63,146 bases of DNA from Octopus sinensis (lineage: Eukaryota). Shown piece after piece: positions 51,223 through 63,012 of this stretch. The position numbers and the translations under genes were made by a program. Location of the stretch: assembly GCF_006345805.1 (NCBI RefSeq), contig NW_021831867.1:1-63146 (forward strand), in the 5' to 3' direction. The notes under the pieces are model-generated. The model was not told where the DNA came from. It did not search any database and saw only the letters and a list, made by a program, of their open reading frames with translations. Position 1 is the stretch's first letter; each line of letters opens with the position of its first letter.

Positions 51223-51479
51223 ATGGCGGAGTCGGGAAACAAGTCAGAAATGGACATAAACGAGGAAACTCGAAAGGCAATGGAGGAGTCGAACGAGATC
51301 CAGAATCTGTTGGAACAACTGCAGAGCAAATTCGAGAGCATGTCCGAGGATATAATGGCCAAAAGTATTGTCGTGGCTGACTCGCAGTCGACCAAATGGG
51401 CGGACGGATTGACGAAATGGAGAATTCCATCAACGAAATGATCGAGCAGACTCAGTCCGAGATTGATGCCTCCAACTAA
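51223..51479 (+). CDS. HSBP1: Heat shock factor-binding protein 1
   Basis: IQNLLEQLQSKFESMSEDIMAK|IDQMGGRIDEMENSINEMI after removing a 23-nt intron at 51365-51387. Confidence 0.9.
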
Positions 51480-51599
51480 TTTTCTTTTTTTGATAATAAA
51501 TTTGGTTGTTAGTTAATTTTGGTTGTGTGTGATTGTCCTGTGCGACAATAAGTACTTCTCTGGAAGGGATTAGACTGCCTTTGTGATTATAATTTGAAT

Positions 51600-52290
51600 T
51601 CCCTGGAAGAGTACGCCTTCTATGAGTTACTCCACAAACACATAAAAGACAATTCAACCTAAACCCAGTCCTCAATGTGGCCGGCGAAATAATTCCTGTC
51701 ATAAAAAACCCGAAAATCCTTGGAGTCGTATTCGATCAATGCCTATCTTTCACGCAACACGTGGAGCTCATTTTCACCAAAGCCAAACGAAAACTGAATG
51801 CACTACGTGCCTTATCTGGGCAAACTTAAGGCCAAGCCAAAGAATGCCTCACTTTGGTTTACAAACAATTTGTCAGAACATCTATGAACTATGCTAGTCC
51901 AGCATGGTCATGGAACTTGTCTCATTCAAACCTCCAAAAACTCTAAAGAATCCAAAACTCAGGGCTACGCACAATAACTGGCTGCCTTGCATCCACTCCC
52001 ATCGATCATCTTCATTGGGAGTCCTGTATTCTTCCGGTCGATGACCATTTGACGATGAGAGGACTCCAATTCCTACAGGAAATACAAGACTCTTCTGATC
52101 CAAGTCACAAAATCTCTATTCCAGAAAACAAAAGACACATCATTTTTACTCTGGCCGATCAATGTAGATGTCTATCAAAAATACTCTCAACCAACAATGG
52201 GAAAACTGCGAATAAACTAATCCATGACTACATCTCCACTCGTGCTATCAGGATGCTCAAAAACAACAAACTTCTTAACAGCCATCCATT
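51600..52290 (+). mobile_element. Vingi-like LINE RT C-terminal fragment
   Basis: PKILGVVFDQCLSF..MNYASPAWS..RIQNSGLRTITGCLASTPIDHLHWE, with in-frame stops. Confidence 0.85.
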
Positions 52291-52481
52291 GGCACACTCA
52301 CAATTTACTTGTTTGCGGGGTTCCATTATTCTTGATGTGGTAGACACAGCCTTCCACTGGTTGAGAAAGAAGTGGTATTCAAAATTGGTCCCAAATAGTA
52401 AAACGGTTATTGATACAAAAACGAATAGAAATATTATAGGAATAAAAATGTGAACATTAAGAACTGCGGTAAAGTGATATA

Positions 52482-55400
52482 ATGGAGACAGTCAACCACA
52501 TTTCGACCTGCCTGAAACAACTATTGACAACCAGTTCCCAGTTGTACGAGAGGGGGTGTTACTCGGCGGATAGAATACGACACAGCCTGACACACCATTT
52601 GACAGCACTGCAGGAGGTGATGTCATCAAGAGAGGAAGGGAAGGTGACACAACTGCTGAGGCGGATGGACTACCTGCGTCCCAAGAACACATCATTCTGC
52701 CTCCTTGTTGACTACAAAGTGAAGTCGTGCCTTATTGGTAGAGTCAACTCAAGGAGGGAGATCGAGTGCAGTTTATGGAGATGGATGGACTCGACGACTA
52801 CTTGGTTGCCTCCCTAATGTCATTGCAGGTGGAGACTGCGAAGGGGGACAGAATCTCCATTCCGTGGCTGTTTGTCCAAGACGAGAGTCTAAGCGAGTGA
52901 GTGCTTAAGGCAACATGCTTAATCGATCGAGACTGATTTGTTTATAATTATTCGCAGAATCAAACGAGAACTGATGGAGTTTTACGAAAAGATAACCTTC
53001 AGGAAGAACAGCAATGAGGGCACTCATAACATGACCACTGGATATGTCCAAATCACCTCCACCAACACACAGTACGCCTCCAAGTCATACATCTGGACAA
53101 AGTGAGGGTCCTCCTTATTCCAGTCCACATTCAGTCCTGTCCATTTCCGAGAGGCCCGAAAGGATGTTCCGAGAGAGATTGGTCGTGGAGGTGAGACTGG
53201 ATGCACTCCCTGCCCCAATCGACCTCACGTGTGCTATAGACAGAGGGCATTTGGCCATTCTTGGACAAGACCTGTTTGCGGTCAAACAACCAAATGACTC
53301 GTATTCCCTCACCACCACCACCGAATTGGTTTCCCAGAGGAGACTCCGCTTGGTCGTCCTCCCACCAAACACACAACCCCCACAACCAAACTTTGGTCTT
53401 GTCTTCTCAACCCTTTCGGAGAATTGTTCCCAAATGTCCTGGGAGACACTGAATCCCCAAATCACTCCACTGGAAGGACACAGTCCCCCGCCCTTGGAGG
53501 ACTGCGATGACTATCAAGTGAGAGGGGACTTGTTTGTATTTGTGGACCATCGACAACACGGACGGGTTTGCTCAGTGCAGGAAGCTTTCGGGGAAGAAAG
53601 ACTGTCATTGGAGCACGTCCACTCTCTTGTGAAGACATTCTTCGACAACAGCCTGTCGCCCCCCGTCTACCACGCACATTGGAAGTGCCTCTGCTCACTC
53701 CCACTGCCTGCCTGTCAGAATGACTTTGTGCTGAGGGATGTGTGTTCCCCCCACCTCCTCATCACACAATGCCTCACTCTCGCATTGACCAGACCATTGT
53801 GGGACTATCCTCTGTCCAGGTCAATCACGCTGAAGGAAGCACTCCTCACGTTTCTGATAAACATGACCTGGTTTTCCTTCCGCTGTGGGATAAAGGAAAC
53901 ATTCGAGTCATTCTATAAAGTATACACCTGTCCCCGTGGGTGGTGGAACAAACGAACTCTCCGATTGTTCTTTGATTTGGTTACTCCCACGTTCTTCCCA
54001 CCCTCCCCCCTCTGTCCCCACACAACATACTGTCTGAGGAATCAACAAATGGGCACGTTGACTGCATTCGCCCAGGGACTCACCAACAAGTCTCCTCAAC
54101 AAGTCATTCATGAACTCAGTCTGTCCCTCCCAACAAGACCTGCCTTTGCTAAGGGCAGTGTCGGGGAAATTACTAAATTTAATATATTCGGGCAGGACTT
54201 TGTACTCTCAGAGTCCCTCATTTCGCGGAATGTGGTCTCCTTTATGGTGAGACAGGAATGTGAATTGTTGTATGACTTCAATTCGGGGGTGGCATACTTT
54301 CTGGGCAGCCAACTGATCGTGCAGTATTTGACTGAGTTGTTAGTCAAGTTGGCCGACGAGTGGGGCATCCAATCATGGGACTGCAAAGTAATCATTTGAG
54401 TGATTGGACAAAGAGGGAGACCGAGTCACTCATTCGAGACATGGACATGTACCGGCGGGCAGTCATTACATATAGTCCTCACCCCCCTCCTTCCAATTTA
54501 ATTCACACTCTCCAAAAGGTCGGCCAACTCATTCAAATTAGACATTGGACTACTTCCACGCTGGGAAGGAAGCCTTGGACTACACAGACTGGTCGTGCGA
54601 GGTGTTCAGAGGACTGGTTGAGGATTGTGAGGCACTCCTGTCGTCCATCGAGAAAGAGGCGGGCAACGTGTCTTCAGTCAAGGATTTGGAGAATAAAATG
54701 AAAAATGGAAAGCGAGAGTTCATTTTGAAAGTGGAGCAAGTTCAAAATAAATATCGGGTAAAGTATATATTATTAATTTAAAATTGTCTCTTTGGCAATA
54801 ACCCATCCTTAGGACACAATCACGTCCAGTTGGCCCAACAACAAAATCGCGGAAAACTGCATGAGTCACATTTATCTTCCCTCAACGACCAGTTCAGCCA
54901 AGTCGATTCTCCACCGCTTCGAAGAATTGGCGGATTGTTTAGAACAAATTACCCGCCGGGCAGACACACTATGTCGAGAAAAGGAAGGCGAGTTGGAACG
55001 GATAAAAAACAAGTTCATTCTCTTCCGGACTGATCTGTCTGCTCTGTCTTCGAGGATTGACAGCCAATCAGACGACGTGGTCACAGAAATCGCAGAAATA
55101 GGCAAACAAGTGAGGGAGGAGTGGCAAGTGGCAGAAAGACTAAAAAATGAGATCGAGGACATGATTAAAGTAGTTTAAGAACTGCTGATTGTGACAGTCC
55201 GATCCTTCTCTCGGAGATTTGCTGAATAATGCGCTCGCCGTGTTGGCCAATGCAGTCGCCTTGAAGGGCGTGGTGGCAGACTTGTCGAGTCTGGCAGGAA
55301 AGCACTCAACCAAGTATTGACTGTGTTGGTGACTGTCCCAGACTGGAGCCACTCGAAAGAATTATCAAGGAAACTGCCGACTTGTTTCAGACTGGTTTAA

Positions 55401-58400
55401 ACGAATCATTGGAAGAACAACTGAGACGACTGTCCTCTGCGCGGGACCGTGTGGATAAAGTGAGGATTGGGTGACCATTCAGGCTGTGGTGGATCTGTCG
55501 GACTGCATTGGATGTGGGGAGTTATTGGAGCGTTGGAAAGTCGTGCGAGAAAATGTGTTAGTGCGAGTAGTCAATAAAGTATGAAACAAGTACGACAAAT
55601 AGGTCCAATCGGGCATGAGCAATCTGCTGGCGTGGATGGACAAGACCGACTCCCAACTAGAACAGAACGAGGGGACTATGATGACTGTATATTCCACTCT
55701 GACCACGACAGACTATCGAGGCTGCAATGTCGGACAAAATGAGGGAGGTGACACAACTCTTGAGAATATTCACAACCCTCGCATCCTTTCGAGTCACCGA
55801 GAACGGGGGATTACTTTTATTGAGAAATAAATTGGCCACCCGAAGCCTCGCTGTCCTCCAGTCCATGACTAAAAAGTATTAACATTGCACTAAATGTAGG
55901 TTTGGTGACTTTAGGGAGGCAGTGAATATTATCAATCGAATTAATCCAGTCCTTCAGGAGTTGAGGGACACTGAGGGAGAGGACATTCTACAAGTATTCC
56001 CCAATTTGAACTGCCCAGTCTCACTACATTCTGAGAAACATTTCCCTCAGTCAGTTATATATCGCCCGAATTGGCAAACTGAGCACACACAGTGAATGCG
56101 CTCATGTTCTTCAACGACAACTCGACCACATCAGGCAGGCCAAAGACACAAGTCAATTCGACTGTTGTGGAGATGTACACGTTACTATTCAGAAAATACA
56201 CGATTTGTGCAAAGAGGCAGTCGAGAGTGACATTCCAATCGACCCCGACCTGTTGAGACATGAACAGAATATAAACAATGTAAGTCCACGCCCACACTGT
56301 CACAGAACTTGCTGGCAGTCCTCACACAACTCACTCATTCAGACATTCTTAATTTGACTGACAAAGCACAACACAGGGCACGAATACTCGCCCACGTGTA
56401 TAAAGAGACCGCCCACGTGTGGGACATTATTTCCGCATTTTTTGAATTTGTCAAGTCCAGTATTTGCACCTTCAATGAGCACATGACACAATCCGTGGAG
56501 AGTGTCCCCCAACAGGCAGTCCCCTCTAACATATGCACAGATTATATTTTCCCAATTCGAGTCCCAAAGAAGGGGGATGGAGCAAGTGATGAGAGTTCTC
56601 AACTCGGTGGAGGAGTATTTGGGAGAGTCGGCATTGAGGATTGTTCGGAGAGTGGAAATGAGGTATCAAGTAGCCCTCCAGGAATTCGAACGGAGTCACG
56701 CGACTTTGTCTCGACACTGTCAAGTGATTGAGTCGAGGACTGAGGCAATGAGGGAAATGGAATCAGTTTTCATCATTCCCCTCATTTCTGCAGACTTTGG
56801 AAAGGAAAATGAGAGAATTGAAGTGTGCCTTGGCAAATGAGCAGTCCAAAGTGGACTACCAGGACTTGCTTGATGACTCGATCGCCATATCAGCCATGTT
56901 ACTAAACTATGAACGACTACTGGACTCGGTGAGTCCTTTCCAATGCGACTCGCGGTTTGAAGAAATGGTCTTTTCGTGGGCGGACATTTGTCAAGAATTG
57001 AGCAAACTGAGAGTGATGAGTATTCCCGATTGTGTAGAGCAATGTGGAATACACTCGAGTACTCCTCAGTCGGGAATGTGTGTGGCAGTCTGACACTGAT
57101 TTGGAACGTCTGTACAATGTGTATTACTCTCTCCAAGTTGAATATTATTCTGACCAGTAGGCCGAGTTGGAAGAACTGGCCCAACACAGAGCATTGCAAA
57201 GCACAGTAAGGGAGATTGATGCACGGTCCTCTCAGCTCTCAGTGTACTCCAACAGGGTGGAGTCCAATATTATGAGAGTATATTCTCCCATCAATGTCCT
57301 CAGATCAACCACGTGTTGTCCTATAGGAGACACTTGGAATGGGTGGAGAACAGTCTTTGTGCGTGCATACACATTCAACCACTTTCGACGGATGAGGACA
57401 CACTGAGGACTCAGATTGAAGGATTCGAGGTATGAGCAGGTCTAATGGTAGAGGGAATGTGAGAAATTGAACGAGGACGATTACCGGAGATGTGTGGCGG
57501 TAGCAAAAGAGGTGGTAAAGGATGGAGGGGATGGTGGTTTGGTGGATGAAATAGAGAGGGGATGGGGGAGGGCGATGGAATATTGTGAATACATTCGAGT
57601 AGTGAGTGTGGGTGAAGAATAGAATCGAGTGGAGTGGCACAAGAGTGGAGTGAGGGAGGATGGAGGAGAGATATTCCGAGGAGAGTGTTTGGAGGAGACG
57701 TGGTTGTGTGAAGTGGAGGAGTATCTGTTGTCGAACGGGAATGTGTTTGGGGACATGAAGACAGTGGGAATGTTGTTAGAACAGCACAAAGTATGGGTGT
57801 GTGAGTAAAAGGGAGGAGATGGGACGGGAGTTGGCAAGTAGAGTGGGGAGTGAGTGGGGGCGAGTGGGTGAACTGATGGCCGAGAGGGGGAGGAACCTTG
57901 GGCGAGCAGTGGAATTGGTGTGAGTGGTGTGTAATGTGGAGGCAGAGGACATGGAGAAGGGAGTGGAATACGCCCGAAAGGTGATCAAAGTGGCAGAACA
58001 AGTGCTGAGAGTGCGTCCGTCCTGCGAGGACAAGAACCAACTGCTGTCGGCCATTGACAAGCACGAAGTAAGAGGGGACAGTTCATTGCAGACTTTCCTG
58101 GAGTGTTTGGCGGAAGATGAGAAGAGAATAGACCGACTGAAGGAGACCATCGACACAATAATGAGTCGAGTCCACCCAAACGCAGTCCGCTTCGTCCGCT
58201 ACGACTACACCATCAGTTGTGCCAGTTGGGAACAGGTCGTCCAACCACCACATTCCCAGATTGTCAAGAAGGCACAACTGAGAACTGAGCACTTGAATGG
58301 TCTCTTTCTCCGGGCCAAACAGGACGCCCTCCACGCTGACCAAACATTGCAGTGGTTGACCGACGCCAGACATTTCCTGGCTGACAAGATGAGATATCCG

Positions 58401-59338
58401 TTGCCCGAGGACATTACCATGCTCACTCAACTCATGCAAGACCACCAAGTCCAGTCATTCTCTATTTCAGGAATTCGAGCACAGTCTGAGGGACAAATAC
58501 GACCAACTATCCACTCCACAATTATCCCACCTGTGGAAGGCCCTCAACACCACCTCCGCCCAATACTCACAAACTCTCCAACACTCCATCGACCAGTACG
58601 GCAGAGTATTCTATTCCCTCACACCAGTTCGAACATGTCGACTTTGCCCGCTGGCGAACCAACTACTTGTCCTGGATTAAGGCCAACAAACTCAGAATAA
58701 CCGACTTTTTCCGCAAAAACCAACAGGAAGGCCGCATCACCAGGGAACGTTTTGTCACCGGACTCGTCAAGGCAGGTCACACCACTCCATCACTCACCAG
58801 GCCTCGACAGTCCACGTCCTCAACTCAATGCCGTCTTCTCCCTCTTCGCTGGGCCACACTCGGACGACATGGACTACACTCTCCTAATCGACGCACTCAC
58901 TCAGAAGGTCCCCACTCAGACAAACACCCCTCCCTCCCTAGAACGGGCTATCCAACACGAGTTGACCAACTGCACGTGTCACAGACCACTCAGAGTTAAT
59001 TATATTTCCGATGGACGATATCAAGTATTCTTCCCCACGACCTGTAGATTGGGTCGTCCATCAGGTATGTCCACATCACACACACTGGAGTCTTTGTCCG
59101 AGTAGGCGGGGGGTGGCAATCCCTCTCTCAATTCATCCGGGCGGTCGACCCCTGTCGTGCCACTCACTTCACACGGCCTACGAGTAGTCCTCACTCCAGT
59201 TCTCCAAATGGCCTACCCACACTACTCCGCTATAAGGACACGACCAGTGATGGACATTCCTTTCCTCAGTACTCTTCCCTGGACTTCCAGGACACGACGA
59301 CCGACCTCAGTCCATTCTCCCGCAGATACAACTTATAA
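52482..59338 (+). CDS. Spectraplakin-like protein (MACF1/dystonin/Shot family): plakin SH3, long central exon, spectrin-like repeats, EF-hand, GAR; multi-exon, 5' end uncertain
   Basis: LRPKNT..LVDYK..EGDRV..VETAKGDRISIP (plakin SH3), FARWRTNYLSWIKANKLRITDFFR (EF region) and VFVRVGGGWQSLSQFIRAVDPCR (GAR). Introns of 22-28 nt connect the frames at 52.7-53.1 kb and 54.4-55.6 kb; not every exon was traced. Confidence 0.85.
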
Positions 59339-59506
59339 AACTTTTCTTTAATTCTGTGGTCATTTTGGTTAAGGCTTAGTCCAGTACATTCAATTGTAGG
59401 CATAAATCTACAAATATTCCCAAATTACTTTTTTTTGACAAGTTTTTATTTAATACTAAAACATATTTTGTTTGAAATAGATAATTTAAATTTATATCCT
59501 TCCTGC

Positions 59507-60220
59507 ATGGGTATGTTGTGGGTTATATCGATTACTAAATTGAATATTTTGATAAATATAGACAACCATTTTATTGGACTCAGCAGATCATCCGACGACG
59601 AAGAAGACGAATCATTCGACTGGCTGGTTGTTAATCGTAATAACCCAAGGCCGACCCCGAGACCAACAAAAAGTCAGCCGAGAAGACGAAAGAACCCCGA
59701 AACAATCGGGCGAAGAAAGTATCAAATCGAATCGAAATGGCGGTGTTGGAGGAGACGGGGAGGGAAGCAGAGGAGAGAATACGAGCGGAGGAAATGGCGT
59801 CGGAAATGTGGTTGATGGAGGATCTGATTGGTGGAATGAGTGTGTCGGGTGCGTTGTCGTCCAGACTGAAGTGTCTGCCGTTGAAAGAAGTGGTGGAGAG
59901 TGCGGTGGCGTACATCGACGAGGGCAAAGTAGAGTGAGTGAGTGATGGCAGGGCAACCCGCTGTACTGCACGTTCGTGGAGACGTTCGTGGTGTCCCTCT
60001 GCCAAACAAGTAGATTGGTGTGTTGAGTGTAGTCAAGAGGGAGGACACGCTCACTAAAATAATCACCAACTTGACTGCCCTCACCAACACTCCCAACACA
60101 GTCGAACAGGTCACACAACAGAAAAAGAAGAAGAAAAAGGCCAAACCAAAACTCAACCTCCGCGACGAGATTCCCTTCCATGACGAATTGCCACACGACT
60201 CCCCCGACGATTTTATGTAG
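59507..60220 (+). CDS. EIF3J: Translation initiation factor eIF3 subunit J
   Basis: Acidic DW N-terminus, GNPLYCTFVETFV..TKIITNLTALTN, KKKKKAKPKL and terminal DDFM*. Introns of about 51, 23, 23 and 23 nt. Confidence 0.85.
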
Positions 60221-60440
60221 TGTATTTGTCATTACTTGTACTCTTATTAATACTCAATTGAATCATCCAGTGCATTTCAAAGCTGCAAGATTATATTGCA
60301 GATATCGACTAGGATTAATAACACAGTGAGCGAACACTTTTGGTCATCCTTGAGAGGTCATTTTATTGTCTATGAAGAACGGGTATTCTCGGAGTCACAC
60401 AAGTATGGCCTCAATCGTAGAATACCTTGGCAATTTGTTT

Positions 60441-60505
60441 TTTTGTCCTGTTTAGACTGCAGGGAGTACTTTCCTCTGATAACACCTACTTCATTTAACG
60501 TACGC
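60441..60505 (+). repeat. Short dispersed direct repeat, paired with 61907-61990
   Basis: Shared TTTTGTCC..GACTGCAGGGAGT..CCTCTGAT(A/G)ACACCTAC.TCATTTAACGTA.GC; this copy lacks 19 nt. Confidence 0.8.
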
Positions 60506-60607
60506 TGGAGGTTAAAAATCGCCCTATTGATATCCCTGGAGTTAAATGCTACCAACTGTTGAGTTTGAGGGTAAGAAAAGCACACTGTGAATGAATGGAG
60601 TGAATTA

Positions 60608-61161
60608 TTAAAAGTGAAAATCGAGTTGTGAATTGCTGGTGATTTTATGGAGGAGACCCATTTCCCACAATCTGAGCTGTTTGTTGGCGAGGAAGCGGGC
60701 ATTCATGATCTGCTGCTCCTCAAAGTTGAGATTGTCCAATTTGTTGGTCCTCGTTTGTTCGGGAGAGGAGGAACTCATAATAATGGAGAACCTGGAAATG
60801 AATGCCTGGAAATAATATTGGGGGGCACATTAATAAGGAATATTCGCACATTTTCATAATCGGGCAAATGGAAGGATCTGAGATGAAGACCCACGTGGTA
60901 GTAGAATCGACTAATTAGATTGACGACGGTGGCATCGGCGGCGAGAATGTGTCTGTGGAGGTGTCTGTAGTGATATGGGAGGTCGGCGGGCTGGACGATC
61001 TGGTTGGAGGAATTGGCGAGAGTGATGACCATCCAAATGGGCAATTCGTGGAGTGTTGAGGCCACGTCTTTGATGGGTCGTAGTATTCTGCAGGGAATGG
61101 ACTCCTGGGTGGCCAGAATGTCACTTATGTTGAAATAGTTCGTGTCCAACAACGAATACAT
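60608..61161 (-). CDS. GINS3: GINS complex subunit Psf3
   Basis: YFNISDILATQESIPC, ELPIWM, ILAADATVVNL, FYYHVG; after one 23-nt intron, AFISRFSIIM..LRLWEMG. Confidence 0.88.
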
Positions 61162-61240
61162 GTTCAATTAATATTATTACTAAAATAAGGACATTGACGA
61201 GGGCGATTGATTATAAGCCAATGCCGAGGCAGTGGACGAC

Positions 61241-61876
61241 ATGAGCATTTCTCTGAATGGCATAATCAAGTTCAAAATATATGTAATGGGGTACAAGAAC
61301 ACAGGCAAGACTACACTCATCTCCAATTATTTGTGGGGAAAGAAACTCATCACCTACGAACCCACCATCGGCGACGTCTACGAAGCTCAACTCAATCACA
61401 CGGCCACCTTCCAAATCGTCGACACGTGTGGCACCTTCTGCAGTCCCGCTATGCTCAAAATCGCCATAATCGAGGCGGACATAATCATCCTCGTCTATAA
61501 ATACAAGGACAAGTACTCCTTCCAAAAAGTGAAGGACATTTTCAACCAAATCCTCTTTTTGAGGAACAAGTCCATGCCCCTCACTGCCTTCGTCGACAAT
61601 CACTCCGACAGTACAGTCTACGAGGTCACCACCCACTCACAATTCTTTTCCCATGTCTACCACCTGTCCGTCATTAATGACTGCTCTGTCAAAAACTTTT
61701 TTCAGGCACTCCTTATGCAATACTTCCAAGTTAAGACCGGCAGTCCTACCCTCTATGATGTCCGCAAGGCCTCACAACCCTCACACACCCTTGCCAGACA
61801 TTTGTTCTGTCGTGCAAAGTCACACAACGTCCTCCATTTGTTCAAGAAAATGTTCAAAATTAAGCCCGACAATTAA
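61241..61876 (+). CDS. Ras-family small GTPase (DIRAS/RASD-like), intronless
   Basis: G1 GYKNTGKT, effector YEPTIGDVY, G3 DTCG followed by PAM. First in-frame ATG is at 61241. Confidence 0.85.
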   Translation: MSISLNGIIKFKIYVMGYKNTGKTTLISNYLWGKKLITYEPTIGDVYEAQLNHTATFQIVDTCGTFCSPAMLKIAIIEADIIILVYKYKDKYSFQKVKDIFNQILFLRNKSMPLTAFVDNHSDSTVYEVTTHSQFFSHVYHLSVINDCSVKNFFQALLMQYFQVKTGSPTLYDVRKASQPSHTLARHLFCRAKSHNVLHLFKKMFKIKPDN

Positions 61877-61906
61877 CTTTAATTACTTTCACTAACAATT
61901 CACTCC

Positions 61907-61990
61907 TTTTGTCCACTTTCGACTGCAGGGAGTGCCTTTAAACTGAAGGACTACTCTCCTCTGATGACACCTACGTCATTTAACGTATGC
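61907..61990 (+). repeat. Short dispersed direct repeat, paired with 60441-60505
   Basis: See partner feature. Confidence 0.8.
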
Positions 61991-62140
61991 TTTATTGCGA
62001 ATGGGATATGCAATCATAGCCTTATTGAGTTATTTTCATTACATTTAGAGATGAAAATAATATACATTGAATAAATCGTAATAAACCAATAAAATATGTC
62101 ATTTAGGGAAACCTTCGTTGTGGGATGAACTACGATTCGG

Positions 62141-63012
62141 ATGACAATGGCAATGGGGGAAATGGAGAGAGGGGAACAGCCCCCACAGGTAATAGTGACA
62201 ACTACTTTTAATATTATAGGAAATGAGAAGGCCTACTTTGGTAATCCCTCCAAATCGATCTCCTCCCGCATAACAGTCGGCGTGAGGACAATTACTGGCA
62301 CTAAATACGAAATCACAATTTCCTATTTCAAATCAGTTTTCGACCTAAAAGAGAAAATTTATAAATTCGAAAGTAATCGGGCATTAAATATGAGATATCC
62401 CCACGGATTCCCAAGTTCTGCTTTTTAAGGGCAAAAAACTGAACGATTCAAATTCCCTGCTCGAATTAGGAATCCTCCACGGCTCCAACCTCGTTTTGGT
62501 GGTCGAAATGCAGTCCGGTCCATTCGGCCACTCAATTGGTTGGCTTGTTCGCTCACTTTAAACAGTCGAAAATGTCTTTGAAATTGAAAAGTTCACTTTG
62601 ACTAAGGAAAACAGCAAATTCGACAAATTAATCGACCAAATGCTCAAAACTGAACAAAGTCCGACCAAAATTTATTTGTTGTCGAAAAGAACCGAATTGA
62701 GTGAGTTGTCTTCTTGGTTATCCCCCGGGAAGAATAGTCCGAAAGTGAGGAGTGTCTGGCAATGTTTGTAGATGTCTCCTGCCAACAAATGCCGGAATCG
62801 TCGTTGTTTTGTGTGTCGGAGGAAAGTGGGGATGTTGGGGGAGTACACCTGCAGGTCGGTGGGAGTGTCTATTTAGGTGTGGGAGACAGTTTTGTAGTAT
62901 CCACCGATATGCGGAAGCACACGACTGTCCCTACGACTACAAGACCCCCGGGAAGCGAGACATTGCCCGTCGCAACCCACAAATCACGGGACTTAAATTA
63001 CCCCCCATTTGA
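62141..63012 (+). CDS. ZFAND4: Ubiquitin-like plus AN1 zinc-finger protein
   Basis: VRTITGTKYEI..LKEKI..IPTDSQVLLF..LVLVVEMQSGP (UBL) and RCFVCRRKVG..CRCGRQFCSIHRYAEAHDCPYDYK..KLPPI* (AN1). Five introns of 22-31 nt; start codon approximate. Confidence 0.88.

Noticed and set aside
52960-53044. In-frame TAA and TGA upstream of the 451-aa ORF, suggesting readthrough or a variant genetic code
   Set aside because: Two ordinary tiny introns (23 nt GTTTACG..TTCAG and 22 nt GTGAGGG..TTCCAG) join the exons without stops.
57305-58448. Long minus-strand His/Pro/Ser/Thr-rich ORFs (also 59612-60232)
   Set aside because: They are shadows of the G-rich, stop-poor antisense of real genes and show no domain signal.
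61907-62000. Hammerhead ribozyme (CTGATGA next to hairpins)
   Set aside because: There is no GAAA after stem II and no NUH at the expected position; kept only as a repeat.
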